Assembly (NCBI GenBank): GCA_015062495.1
Contig: SUUN01000002.1
Span: 71,905-135,904 of the forward strand
Direction: 5' to 3'
DNA: 64,000 bases
Source of the DNA: Alphaproteobacteria bacterium
GTDB taxonomy: Bacteria; Pseudomonadota; Alphaproteobacteria; Rs-D84
Under the pieces are notes generated by a model. It did not search any database and had not been told where the DNA came from. It saw only the letters and a list, made by a program, of their open reading frames with translations. A program made the position numbers and the translations under genes. Every line of letters begins with the position of its first letter. Position 1 is the stretch's first letter. This document shows, piece by piece, positions 1 through 8,700 of the stretch.

Positions 1-188
1 AAATTTCCACGACACCGCCCCATCGATTTCAACCGGCATTCCCGTTGCATCACGCAAAATGGTTAACAAATTCCCACGCAAAGCCTCTAAATTAATCTGA
101 CTTAATGCCACAACAACTGCCACCACCAACCCCACGACGCACAGCCCCAGGATTCTAACAATCGGAAAAAAAATGCTCTTTTTAACCT

Positions 189-1163
189 TCATGGCAATTT
201 AAATTCCAAAAACTTCATCACCGCCGCCATAAAATCTGGCACGGCTGCACGCAGTGTTAACATCCGGCCCGTCCGCGGATGCTGAAATGTTAACTTATAC
301 GCAAACAAAAACAAGTTGTTTGTTTTTAACACACTGCCCAACGCCCCGTCAACCACATGTCGCCCACCATACAAACCATCACCAACAATCGGCGCATTCA
401 ACGAAAATGCACTATGCAGGCGCAGTTGATGCGTACGTCCTGTTTTGGGTGAAAAACGCACCCACGAAACGCACCCCGTCGCATTTGACAACACCGAATA
501 TTCCGTCACTGCCCGCTGCGGACGTGGCCCCGTACCATTATTCAGACGCACAGGACTGTCAAACACCTGCCCTTTTAACATAAAATTATCAATAACGCCA
601 TGTGCAGGTTTCACATCACCATTTAACAGCGCCAAATATTCCTTGTGTGCAGTTTTATTCTGAAATTGCGCCGCCAGATTTTGTGCCGCACGTTGATTTT
701 TTGCCACGACTAAAATCCCACTGGTTTCCCGATCCAACCGATGCACCAATGCGATTTTATCATACGGGAATAATGCCGCCGCCATTTTATCAACAGACTT
801 GCGAATACCCGTCCCCCCCTGCACAGCCAATCCTGCCGGCTTGTTAAATACAACAACATCTTGGTCGTTATGAATAATACACTTGCGCAATTCTTCTAGA
901 TCAGACAATGAAAAATGTTCACCACTTTCCGTTTTCTTTGGTCCTGCATTTGCATATGTTGCCAACGTTGGCGGCACACGCACCGCATCCCCTGTACGCA
1001 GGATTTCCTGGCCTTTGACACGTTTTGAATTAACACGAATTTGTCCACCACGGCACAGTTTATAAAACTCACGCTGGGGCATTGATGGAAATTGCCGCAA
1101 AAACCACCGCAACAAACGCGTACCATCTTCGACCTTGGAAACCGTAATAAAATCTGCCATCAC
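189..1163 (-). CDS. RluA-family rRNA pseudouridine synthase (RluC/RluD type)
   Basis: 324 aa ORF. Contains the catalytic HRLDRETSG(I/L)LVVAK motif of RluA-family pseudouridine synthases, with an N-terminal S4-like region. Confidence 0.85.
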   Translation of the reverse strand: MMADFITVSKVEDGTRLLRWFLRQFPSMPQREFYKLCRGGQIRVNSKRVKGQEILRTGDAVRVPPTLATYANAGPKKTESGEHFSLSDLEELRKCIIHNDQDVVVFNKPAGLAVQGGTGIRKSVDKMAAALFPYDKIALVHRLDRETSGILVVAKNQRAAQNLAAQFQNKTAHKEYLALLNGDVKPAHGVIDNFMLKGQVFDSPVRLNNGTGPRPQRAVTEYSVLSNATGCVSWVRFSPKTGRTHQLRLHSAFSLNAPIVGDGLYGGRHVVDGALGSVLKTNNLFLFAYKLTFQHPRTGRMLTLRAAVPDFMAAVMKFLEFKLP

Positions 1164-1193
1164 ATACCCCCGCTTGGCACCGACACGCGAAAA

Positions 1194-1658
1194 TTATTCG
1201 CCATAAACTATCTGCACAGAATTTGTACCATTTGTACCATTACAAGAACCTGTTGCGCCACCCTGCTTGCCACCTGACAATTGATACCCAATCGAATCAG
1301 ACCAAGCCTTCGCCACCAAAGATTCACATTCACTTTGCCCCAGTCCATCAATACCAACTATAAACTGACGTGGATTCGACGGGTCAACCGACAATGTATA
1401 ATTTCCACCATACGGATTTTTATTACTCATACCAATTGCGCCAAAAATCGTAGTACCGTTCATATTTGAAAAATCATCATATTCGCCATGAATATTGCGC
1501 ACCATTGTCACCATCTGCACGACCTGATCGTTAACAGATGTCAATTTTTGCGTACGCATTGCGGTTGAAATCATACCGATTGCCCCAACAGTAATCACCC
1601 CCATAATTGCCAGCACCCCCAGCATTTCAATCATTGAACGTCCTGATTCTTGATTCAT
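1194..1658 (-). CDS. type IV pilin / pseudopilin-like protein (prepilin-type N-terminal methylation motif)
   Basis: 154 aa. N-terminus has G-RSMIE followed by the hydrophobic helix MLGVLAIMGVITVGAIGMIS, i.e. Gly then Glu at +5 (class III signal). The +1 residue is Arg, which is atypical. C-terminal half is Gly/Ser/Asn-rich and variable. Confidence 0.55.
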   Translation of the reverse strand: MNQESGRSMIEMLGVLAIMGVITVGAIGMISTAMRTQKLTSVNDQVVQMVTMVRNIHGEYDDFSNMNGTTIFGAIGMSNKNPYGGNYTLSVDPSNPRQFIVGIDGLGQSECESLVAKAWSDSIGYQLSGGKQGGATGSCNGTNGTNSVQIVYGE

Positions 1659-1709
1659 TGAAAAACCTCTTATTTGCTATTTAATATTTAATATTCTATC
1701 ATAAAGATT

Positions 1710-3128
1710 ATGAATATTCAATTTTCAGATTTAATCGAAAACGCACCACACGCCCCCGGCGTGTACAAGATGTATGACACAGAAAACAACCTGCTATATG
1801 TGGGCAAGGCTAAAAACCTGTCCAACCGCCTGCGTCAATATCTGGACATATCAAAACTGGAATTACACAAACAAGTCATGCGCACCTTGGTCGCACGTGT
1901 CGATTGGGAAACTGTCGCCACCGAATCAGACGCCCTGATTCGCGAACAAGAATTGATTAAAACACAAAAGCCAAAATATAACATCATGCTGACCGACGGG
2001 AAAATGTACCCAATGTTGGCGTTAACTTCGGGCGACTTTCCACGCCTGTTAAAATTCCGCGGCAAAATTTCCCAGCGTCGCGATGTCTATGGTCCATACC
2101 CATCTGTATCGGCACTAAATGAAACGATTAAAACGATTCAGCGCGTTTGCCAAATCCGCACATGCACCGACACACAAATGCATAATCGCACACGTCCATG
2201 CCTGTTACACCAAATTGGCCGATGCAGTGCCCCATGCACATACCCCGACAAACAAAAATACGCAGAAAACGTGCGTACAGCGCGAAAAATCCTGACCGGG
2301 GACAGCGAACCAATCATCACCGACCTGACCCAGCAAATGCGCGAATATTCCACAAACATGGATTTTGAAAACGCCGCAATTATTCGTGACAAAATTGCCG
2401 CACTAACCCATACAGCAAACCGTGGAAAGCGCCAAAACAATGCGCATAGCGCGATTTTAGATTGGGACAAAAATGTATCAGAATTGGAAAAATGGTTGAA
2501 CATAAAAATCAACCTGGCGGGTGTATTTGATAATTCACACCTGTTTGGCAAACAACCCGTTGGTGCCATGATAACATTCGGCCACAACGGCTTTGACAAG
2601 AACGGATACAGACACTTTAAATTACAGGACAAATCACGTGCCGGCAACGACATTGCGATGATGTCTGAATTTGTGCATCGCGCTGTTGAACGCGGTCCAA
2701 AACTGGATTTAATAATTGTTGACGGTGGCATGGCCCAGTGGAACATTGCTAACCGCGCATCGGATGACATACCGGTCTTTGGCGTGACCAAGGGCGTCGT
2801 CCGCGACGGCGACGAACACTTTATATTACCCGACGGCACGATATGTCGCGACCTGCCCAAGGACAGTCCGCTATTCCTTATGCTGCGCGCCGTCCGGGAC
2901 GAAGCGCACCGTTTCGTAATCACATATCACCGCAATGTCCGCGCAAAACAAATGACGGCATCGGTCTTGGATGAAATTGATGGCATTGGCCCGACGCGCA
3001 AACGCGCCCTGTTACAACATTTTGGATCAGTTCGTGCAATTATGGATGCCGACATTCGCGCATTGACACACGTCCCCGGTCTGGGAAAAAGTGCCGCTGA
3101 AAAAATATATGCCCATTTTCATCAATAA
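1710..3128 (+). CDS. uvrC: excinuclease ABC subunit C (compact, 472 aa)
   Basis: N-terminal GIY-YIG motif (GVYKMYD...LLYVGKAKNLSNRL). UvrBC-like region, RDEAHRF motif and C-terminal helix-hairpin-helix (GIGPTRKRALLQHFGS) are present. Shorter than canonical UvrC. Confidence 0.85.
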   Translation: MNIQFSDLIENAPHAPGVYKMYDTENNLLYVGKAKNLSNRLRQYLDISKLELHKQVMRTLVARVDWETVATESDALIREQELIKTQKPKYNIMLTDGKMYPMLALTSGDFPRLLKFRGKISQRRDVYGPYPSVSALNETIKTIQRVCQIRTCTDTQMHNRTRPCLLHQIGRCSAPCTYPDKQKYAENVRTARKILTGDSEPIITDLTQQMREYSTNMDFENAAIIRDKIAALTHTANRGKRQNNAHSAILDWDKNVSELEKWLNIKINLAGVFDNSHLFGKQPVGAMITFGHNGFDKNGYRHFKLQDKSRAGNDIAMMSEFVHRAVERGPKLDLIIVDGGMAQWNIANRASDDIPVFGVTKGVVRDGDEHFILPDGTICRDLPKDSPLFLMLRAVRDEAHRFVITYHRNVRAKQMTASVLDEIDGIGPTRKRALLQHFGSVRAIMDADIRALTHVPGLGKSAAEKIYAHFHQ

Positions 3129-3177
3129 GTGATATAATATACTTATTCATATATTTATTAACCAAAGGAGAAACTAT

Positions 3178-3789
3178 ATGAAATTTTTTGTTAACTTTCT
3201 GTCTGCATTCCGCATTGCCGCGGCATTTGCAATTATCCCGACATTAATGTTCCAAATGTATTGGACAACATTTATTCTGTATGTCCTGGCGGCTGCGTCC
3301 GATTGGTTTGACGGCTATCTGGCGCGCAAATACGATGTATGCAGCAAAATTGGCGGCGTCATGGATCACATTGGGGATAAATTACTGGTTATGAACACAC
3401 TGATTATGTTATCAGTCATGATGCCAGTATGGTTTGTTGTTGTCCCAGTAATTTTGATGATTGCACGCGAATTGTACATTTCTGGCCTGCGCGAATTTTT
3501 GGGCACCCAGAAAATAGAAATGCCAGTACCCAAGGCACGCTTTTCCATGGGCAAAATCAAGACCACCCTGCAAATGGTTTCAATCGCTGCATTTTTGTTA
3601 ATCTTTGCTGTTGGCACATTAATTACGCCTGAATCAGACAGTCGTACATTAATGTACCTGATTTACATCCTGCCCCAGGTTGGCATTTGGGGTCTGTGGC
3701 TGTCATTGGTTGCATCTATTTGGTCTGCAACACAATACACAGGTACATTCCTGGGCCACATGAAAACATTGGACAAGAAAAAGAAATAA
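3178..3789 (+). CDS. pgsA: CDP-diacylglycerol--glycerol-3-phosphate 3-phosphatidyltransferase (CDP-alcohol phosphatidyltransferase family)
   Basis: 203 aa polytopic membrane protein with the DWFDGYLARK...G...D...D CDP-OH transferase signature. Confidence 0.75.
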   Translation: MKFFVNFLSAFRIAAAFAIIPTLMFQMYWTTFILYVLAAASDWFDGYLARKYDVCSKIGGVMDHIGDKLLVMNTLIMLSVMMPVWFVVVPVILMIARELYISGLREFLGTQKIEMPVPKARFSMGKIKTTLQMVSIAAFLLIFAVGTLITPESDSRTLMYLIYILPQVGIWGLWLSLVASIWSATQYTGTFLGHMKTLDKKKK

Positions 3790-3792
3790 AAA

Positions 3793-3805
3793 CGCGCTAT
3801 ACGCA
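3793..3805 (+). repeat. 13-mer CGCGCTATACGCA, site 1 of 6 (plus orientation), 4 nt after the pgsA stop
   Basis: Exact 13-mer. Extended context is TAAAAACGCGCTATACGCACTAAATCCGGC. Confidence 0.6.
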
Positions 3806-3807
3806 CT

Positions 3808-3833
3808 AAATCCGGCATCCGCCGGATTTTTTA
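3808..3833. terminator. rho-independent terminator hairpin AAATCCGGCATCCGCCGGATTTTTT
   Basis: 6-bp GC-rich stem with a 4-nt loop and a T-tract. The identical 21-mer recurs at 40962-40987. Confidence 0.7.
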
Positions 3834-3887
3834 TTTACCCAGAAACACTTCGGTAAATAAAAGTTTAACGAAGTAAAAAATAAAAAC

Positions 3888-3978
3888 GTCATACCCGCGC
3901 AGGCGGGTATCTATTGCCCCGCAGGGACTGCATAAAAATGTCTGCGACGCAGTGGATTCCCGCCTTCGCGGGAATGAC
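3888..3978. repeat. pair of inverted 24-bp palindromic units flanking a 43-bp core
   Basis: Unit 1 is GTCATACCCGCGCAGGCGGGTATC (3888-3911). Unit 2 read on the reverse strand is GTCATTCCCGCGAAGGCGGGAATC (3955-3978). Each unit is itself a hairpin (CCCGC-N4-GCGGG). The A/T differences between units are compensatory within each stem. Confidence 0.5.
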
Positions 3979-4085
3979 GAGTCTTAATATTAATTGCTCT
4001 TTGCGCTTTGCTATTTGCTCTTTGTTTGCCCAACGGGCAAACTTAAATAAACTTTTATTTAACGTGGTATTCCTATCTCATATCT

Positions 4086-4120
4086 CAAAAAAATCCCGCG
4101 GTTGCGGGATTTTGTTTTTC
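4086..4120. terminator. bidirectional terminator AAAAAAATCCCGCGGTTGCGGGATTTTGTTTTT
   Basis: Hairpin with flanking A- and T-tracts, immediately downstream of the stop of the minus-strand gene ending at 4131. Confidence 0.6.
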
Positions 4121-4130
4121 CATCATCTGA

Positions 4131-4412
4131 TTATTGGATACCGACGCGGAACTGGTCGCCCCATTCGGCCACGTTTTGACCGCCAATGGTACATTTTATA
4201 TCTTCAAAACCATTTTCAACCTGGTTCTTTTTGACAACACTGCTGGTGATTAATCCGCCCGCAGTCCCCAATACAACCCCCGCAATACTGTCAGATGCCA
4301 AACGCGCGGTGTTAAATTTACCTTCTTCGTTTTTCCATACACTAACATCATCCCGGAATTTATTGTGTATCGATGTCAGTTGGCTGTACACACTGTTAAC
4401 CGTCTGGGTGGC
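4131..4412. repeat. ~280-bp inverted repeat (left copy), paired with 7219-7500
   Basis: Encodes the shared C-terminal 93 aa (ATQTVNSVYSQL...GDQFRVGIQ). The six-frame track shows identical antisense ORF products on both copies, implying nucleotide identity over at least 195 nt. Confidence 0.8.
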
Positions 4413-5609
4413 TGTAAACGTCGCAGACAAAACGCATTTTGTTTGCTCGTCATTAATTACCATGTTTGGATTGGTACATTTACATTCATTGTTTACCCAA
4501 TGCGCACCTGTGATTTTGTTGCATTCGACAATATCAGCCTTTAATTGACATTTTTTATTGCGCCATTCGTGTTGTGGGTTTTCGCATTTGCATTCGCCGT
4601 TATCCCAATATGCGCCGGTACTGGCGGCGGCCTCGCAATCACGTTTTAATTGCGCAGGATCGGTTAAAACACATCTGTCGCCATCGCGTTTATAGTTGCT
4701 GTCGGTGCAAACACATTCGCCATTATCCAGACGCAGATTCTTTGCCGCGTCACATTTACACCGGCCGCCCGACCATGTGCCACCTGATTTTACGCATTTG
4801 TTGCGAAGTGCCGCCGCGGCATTTTCGTTATTTATTGTCGCTTGAGATTTAACGCATTTCTTTTTGGTGGTATTAGGCTCGTATTTGGTTTCGCAAGAGT
4901 CTTTGATTAATGTTAAATCCCATCCGTTTGCTGCACATGTCACTGTACATTTTGCGTTGGTTTTAATGTATTCGGTGCTTTCTAATTTTCCAACAACAGA
5001 ACCAGAATTATTTGCCGCTATACAATCTTGTGAAAAGTTATAGCCGTTTGGGTGAGTTACTCCATCCTTGGTTTCACACTTGGGATTACGTGTGTCGGTC
5101 ACGCAATTGGTTTTATCCGCAGTGGGAACGAATCCAGTCTTACATTTATACATTACGCAACCATGATTGCCTGCGCCTAAGACAATACTGTCCCCTGTAG
5201 CACTTTGTATCGCGCCAGTTTTTGTGCCGTCAATTGCGAAAAATTTTTCCACATTTTGGGCCGTGCTACGTACTTCTGAATCCGAACATGTATCAGTTGG
5301 GTTGTGATTTGTCCATGTGTCATTATGACTGCCTGCATCAGAGCAATAAAAGAAACCATTTATACGATGGTTGAACGTATAATCTGGATGCTTGATGGCA
5401 ATTATTGTGCCTTCGCCACATTCGTAGTCATTGTCGCCCCAATTGCAACGATAGCACTGACCAGTTGCGTTATCTCCAACAACACCAGATGTTGATAGAA
5501 TGCTTTTATTGCTGCCACCACCGGGGCTGCATGTCGTAACCTTGCAATCTGCAAACGCATTTGTGCAAATAAGCGTTGAAAACACCACGAAAAATCCAAA
5601 TTTCTTCAT
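4131..5609 (-). CDS. secreted cysteine-rich protein with EGF-like CxC...C repeats and a conserved C-terminal glycine-zipper domain (family member A)
   Basis: 492 aa. Signal peptide MKKFGFFVVFSTLICTNAFA. About 50 Cys, with repeated C-x-C-x(5-12)-C modules (GGRCKCDAAKNLRLDNGECVCTD, GECKCENPQHEWRNKKC, NECKCTNPNMVINDEQTKC). The last 93 aa are identical to those of the 5791..7500 product. Confidence 0.8.
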   Translation of the reverse strand: MKKFGFFVVFSTLICTNAFADCKVTTCSPGGGSNKSILSTSGVVGDNATGQCYRCNWGDNDYECGEGTIIAIKHPDYTFNHRINGFFYCSDAGSHNDTWTNHNPTDTCSDSEVRSTAQNVEKFFAIDGTKTGAIQSATGDSIVLGAGNHGCVMYKCKTGFVPTADKTNCVTDTRNPKCETKDGVTHPNGYNFSQDCIAANNSGSVVGKLESTEYIKTNAKCTVTCAANGWDLTLIKDSCETKYEPNTTKKKCVKSQATINNENAAAALRNKCVKSGGTWSGGRCKCDAAKNLRLDNGECVCTDSNYKRDGDRCVLTDPAQLKRDCEAAASTGAYWDNGECKCENPQHEWRNKKCQLKADIVECNKITGAHWVNNECKCTNPNMVINDEQTKCVLSATFTATQTVNSVYSQLTSIHNKFRDDVSVWKNEEGKFNTARLASDSIAGVVLGTAGGLITSSVVKKNQVENGFEDIKCTIGGQNVAEWGDQFRVGIQ

Positions 5610-5631
5610 AAAAAATCTCCCTTGAAGCCTG

Positions 5632-5659
5632 CCTAATCCAAACGGTGGTTTGGATTAGG
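5632..5659. promoter_or_regulatory. perfect 28-bp palindrome CCTAATCCAAACGGTGGTTTGGATTAGG in the 5' leader of the minus-strand Cys-rich gene
   Basis: Sits 23 nt upstream of the ATG at 5609, just before the RBS AAGGGAGA. A 22-bp core recurs at 5744-5765 upstream of the divergent gene, in the same orientation relative to each gene. Confidence 0.55.
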
Positions 5660-5684
5660 CATATATTCGCGATTTAAAATATCC

Positions 5685-5713
5685 TTGGCACGTCCCGGAA
5701 AATATGATAAAAT
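5685..5713 (+). promoter_or_regulatory. candidate sigma70 promoter TTGGCA-17-TAAAAT for the 5791..7500 gene
   Basis: Spacing and hexamers fit consensus. The predicted start would put the downstream palindrome in the 5' UTR. Confidence 0.3.
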
Positions 5714-5743
5714 AACATGTATTAAGGATAGGAAAATTTGCTG

Positions 5744-5768
5744 AATCCAAACCACCGTTTGGATTAGG
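5744..5768. promoter_or_regulatory. second copy of the palindrome (AATCCAAACCACCGTTTGGATTAGG) in the 5' leader of the plus-strand Cys-rich gene
   Basis: Located 22 nt upstream of the ATG at 5791 and followed by CATATATAAGGGGAGA (RBS). Confidence 0.55.
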
Positions 5769-5790
5769 CATATATAAGGGGAGATAATCC

Positions 5791-7500
5791 ATGAAAAAAA
5801 TTGGTTTAATGATATTGTGCTGTATGATGATTGGCTCGACCGCATGGGGTAAGAGTGATTGCGAATATATCAAGGTTGGTACAGAAAAGTATGGATGTGA
5901 TACATCGGATTATAGTTCCAAGGAAATAGGCTATAACAGTGTTTATCAAGTGCTGGGGACGGGCTATTGCTATACTCAATCTAATACCAAAATGAGTGAT
6001 TTTACAAATAAAAAAGTAGCCTGTTACGACAAATCGGGCAGCGATGACTTGTGGACACGCGAACCCTTGAATCTTGATCCCAACAGTGTTATCAAAGATG
6101 TTAATAATTTGGTTGAGCATGCTGTATATGAAATTGCAAATTGCAAAGGTGATGGGGTGGCGGTTGCGCTGACCACTGAACAAATCCAGAATGGTGCTAA
6201 TGCAGTATGTTTTAACACCCCTGTAAAAATATCATGCCAACGGAATTATGCTTATGATGGCAATAAATGCATTCCGTTTGAGCAATGGGTGGGCGGATTT
6301 GACGATATTTGCAAGGAATCCAGTGTACAGCACGATGGCGTGGCGGATGAAAAAAAATTGAACACTGGAAATGATACGTATGTGTATTGCTATACAGAAC
6401 AGGAATTGCAAGGTATACGCGATAGGTTTTATTACGGTAATTCTTGCCTGGCAAATAAACATAAATTTAGACTTGGCAATAAATATTATAATTGCACGCC
6501 AAGCGGCTGGACCGAGCACACTTTTTCATGGTGTACAACTGGGAACGATTTCCAAAAATGTGATGGTATAGAACACTGTGTCACCGAATTATATGATAAC
6601 AGTACTCAAAAGGCAATAAAGGATGCCATCGGAACCGGTCAGTCAATGATATCTGATACAGGATCAACATATTGCCTGCGTAATGTTTGTGACAAAGGTT
6701 TTAGAAAGGTTGGCGACAAGTGTGTTGCAGAATCGGTTGTGCGTGATAATGAACAACGCGCCCGTAACGCCCAACAATCATGCGTATCAACGGGTGGTGT
6801 GTGGAAAGTAGGCACTTGTATGTGTGCGCCAGATAAAAATCTGGAACGTGATGGAAACACAAAATGTCGGTGCAAGGCAGGATATGAATACATCGATTCC
6901 AATAATAAGTCACAGGGCTGTAAAAAGATGAGTAAGACCATGATGAAAGAGGCCTGTGATGCCGCGTCCGATGCGTCATGGGATGTAAGTACAGAAACCT
7001 GTGTATGCAATATGGGTGATAACTATGTATTCAATTACGCCCAGAAAAAGTGCCTGCCGAACGATACGTATGCGGCATGTCAAAAATTGGTTGCGGCCGG
7101 GGATGCGCGTTGGGATGATACAGCCAAGGTATGTACATGTACTAAAAAGGGATTCGAATTTGACAGGGCGCAATGCGTTGAAACCGCCCAGGCAACCGCT
7201 GAACGGTTAACACGGGAAGCCACCCAGACGGTTAACAGTGTGTACAGTCAACTGACATCGATACACAATAAATTCCGGGATGATGTCAGTGTATGGAAAA
7301 ACGAAGAAGGTAAATTTAACACCGCGCGTTTGGCATCTGACAGTATTGCGGGTGTTGTATTGGGAACTGCGGGCGGATTAATCACCAGCAGTGTTGTCAA
7401 AAAGAACCAGGTTGAAAACGGTTTTGAAGATATAAAATGTACCATTGGCGGTCAAAACGTGGCCGAATGGGGCGACCAGTTCCGCGTCGGTATCCAATAA
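5791..7500 (+). CDS. secreted cysteine-rich protein with EGF-like repeats and a conserved C-terminal glycine-zipper domain (family member B)
   Basis: 569 aa. Signal peptide MKKIGLMILCCMMIGSTAWG. EGF-like modules (GTCMCAPDKNLERDGNTKCRCKAGYEY, ETCVCNMGDNYVFNYAQKKC, KVCTCTKKGFEFDRAQC). C-terminal 93 aa identical to the 4131..5609 product. Confidence 0.8.
   Translation: MKKIGLMILCCMMIGSTAWGKSDCEYIKVGTEKYGCDTSDYSSKEIGYNSVYQVLGTGYCYTQSNTKMSDFTNKKVACYDKSGSDDLWTREPLNLDPNSVIKDVNNLVEHAVYEIANCKGDGVAVALTTEQIQNGANAVCFNTPVKISCQRNYAYDGNKCIPFEQWVGGFDDICKESSVQHDGVADEKKLNTGNDTYVYCYTEQELQGIRDRFYYGNSCLANKHKFRLGNKYYNCTPSGWTEHTFSWCTTGNDFQKCDGIEHCVTELYDNSTQKAIKDAIGTGQSMISDTGSTYCLRNVCDKGFRKVGDKCVAESVVRDNEQRARNAQQSCVSTGGVWKVGTCMCAPDKNLERDGNTKCRCKAGYEYIDSNNKSQGCKKMSKTMMKEACDAASDASWDVSTETCVCNMGDNYVFNYAQKKCLPNDTYAACQKLVAAGDARWDDTAKVCTCTKKGFEFDRAQCVETAQATAERLTREATQTVNSVYSQLTSIHNKFRDDVSVWKNEEGKFNTARLASDSIAGVVLGTAGGLITSSVVKKNQVENGFEDIKCTIGGQNVAEWGDQFRVGIQ
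7219..7500. repeat. ~280-bp inverted repeat (right copy), paired with 4131-4412
   Basis: See the left-copy entry. Confidence 0.8.
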
Positions 7501-7516
7501 TCAGATGATGGAAAAA

Positions 7517-7545
7517 CAAAATCCCCCAGTCGGGGGATTTTTTTA
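7517..7545. terminator. bidirectional terminator AAAATCCCCCAGTCGGGGGATTTTTTT
   Basis: Lies between the convergent genes ending at 7500 and 7546. Member of the AAAATCCCCC-N4-GGGGGATTTTT family seen four times in the window. Confidence 0.7.
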
Positions 7546-8673
7546 TCAGAACCAGCCTTTCTTATCCGTTTTTGTTCCGGCAAATTCACTTAATAATTTT
7601 TTCTGTTTCTCTGACAACTTGGTCGGAATCTTAATTGAAATATCTATGTACAAATCGCCAAACGTGCCCGCGCGCCGTACCGACGGCATACCATGCCCAC
7701 GCACACGCAACTTTTCACCAACCTGGGTGCCGGCTGGCACTTTGACTGATAATTTTTTATCATCAATGGTTTCAACCTCTATCTCGCCCCCCAGCGCAAG
7801 TGTTGCAAACGGTACATCCACACGGGTAATCAAATCACTGCCATTGCGTTCAAAACGCTTGTCCGGGCGCACACGGATATCTAAATAGAAATCACCCGCC
7901 GGCGCGCCATTCGCACCCGCTTCACCCTGACCCGCCAGACGCAACCGCGCACCATCTTCGACACCGGCCGGAATCTTAACCTCTAATGTGCGTTGTTTAT
8001 GTTCTGTACCTGTACCACCGCACACACTGCACTTTTTATCAATCTTGCGCCCCAGTCCATTACATTCTGGGCATGGCGATTCCATTGCAAAGAATCCCTG
8101 GCGCGTTTGAATAAAGCCACTGCCCCCACAACGTGGACACGCCGGCGCAGGTTTTCCATCGGCCGTACCAAAACCGTGGCATTTTTCACATTCGATATTA
8201 CTGGAAAATTTAACAGTGTGCGTCTTGCCAAAATATGCATCACGCAAATCAATCACCACTTCGTCCAGCAAATCGCGCCCACCACGCTGTGGTGCGCCAC
8301 GCTGTGGCCCGCCACCAAAGTCACCAAATCCGAATCCACGCATTGCTTCGCGCAGGATATCCTCCATCCCGGCGCCACCCCCCATATTAAAATGGAATGC
8401 CCCATCACCAAATGGATTACCACCAAATCCCGCCCCCGATGCATTACCACCTGCAAACGCCGCATCCCCAAATCGGTCATACGCCGCACGTTTTTGTGGG
8501 TCTTTTAATATATCAAAGGCATTATTTACTTCCTTGAATTTTTCTTCGGCATCTTTGTTGTCTGGATTTCTGTCCGGATGATACTTCATCACCAGTTTAT
8601 GGTATGCCTTTTTAATATCTGCATCAGATGCGTCGCGTGCAACGCCCAAAACTTCGTACGGGTTTTTATTCAT
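7546..8673 (-). CDS. dnaJ: molecular chaperone DnaJ
   Basis: J-domain with HPD (YHPDRNPD), a G/F-rich linker, four CxxCxGxG zinc-finger repeats and a C-terminal domain. 375 aa. Confidence 0.95.
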   Translation of the reverse strand: MNKNPYEVLGVARDASDADIKKAYHKLVMKYHPDRNPDNKDAEEKFKEVNNAFDILKDPQKRAAYDRFGDAAFAGGNASGAGFGGNPFGDGAFHFNMGGGAGMEDILREAMRGFGFGDFGGGPQRGAPQRGGRDLLDEVVIDLRDAYFGKTHTVKFSSNIECEKCHGFGTADGKPAPACPRCGGSGFIQTRQGFFAMESPCPECNGLGRKIDKKCSVCGGTGTEHKQRTLEVKIPAGVEDGARLRLAGQGEAGANGAPAGDFYLDIRVRPDKRFERNGSDLITRVDVPFATLALGGEIEVETIDDKKLSVKVPAGTQVGEKLRVRGHGMPSVRRAGTFGDLYIDISIKIPTKLSEKQKKLLSEFAGTKTDKKGWF

Positions 8674-8700
8674 ATCTATATGTCCATATAATTATTCGTT

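Noticed and set aside
2138-2923. 261-aa ORF antisense to uvrC
   Set aside because: Lies entirely within and opposite to a well-supported gene and has no motif. Typical shadow ORF.
3786-3805. Treating AAAACGCGCTATACGCAC merely as the upstream part of intrinsic terminators
   Set aside because: Three of six copies lie inside coding sequences (gatB, sufS-like, rfbA), and one intergenic copy (18351) has no hairpin after it. The motif is therefore independent of terminators.
4131-7500. Idea that the 280-bp inverted repeats at the two 3' ends form an invertible phase-variation switch
   Set aside because: Inversion between the two 3'-terminal repeats would regenerate the same two genes, because the repeats are identical and terminal. 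No site-specific recombinase is nearby. Gene conversion or concerted evolution explains the identity better.
8216-8581. Pro/Ser-rich 121-aa ORF and others antisense to or overlapping dnaJ
   Set aside because: Low-complexity translation of the GC-rich Gly-codon region of dnaJ on the other strand. Spurious.
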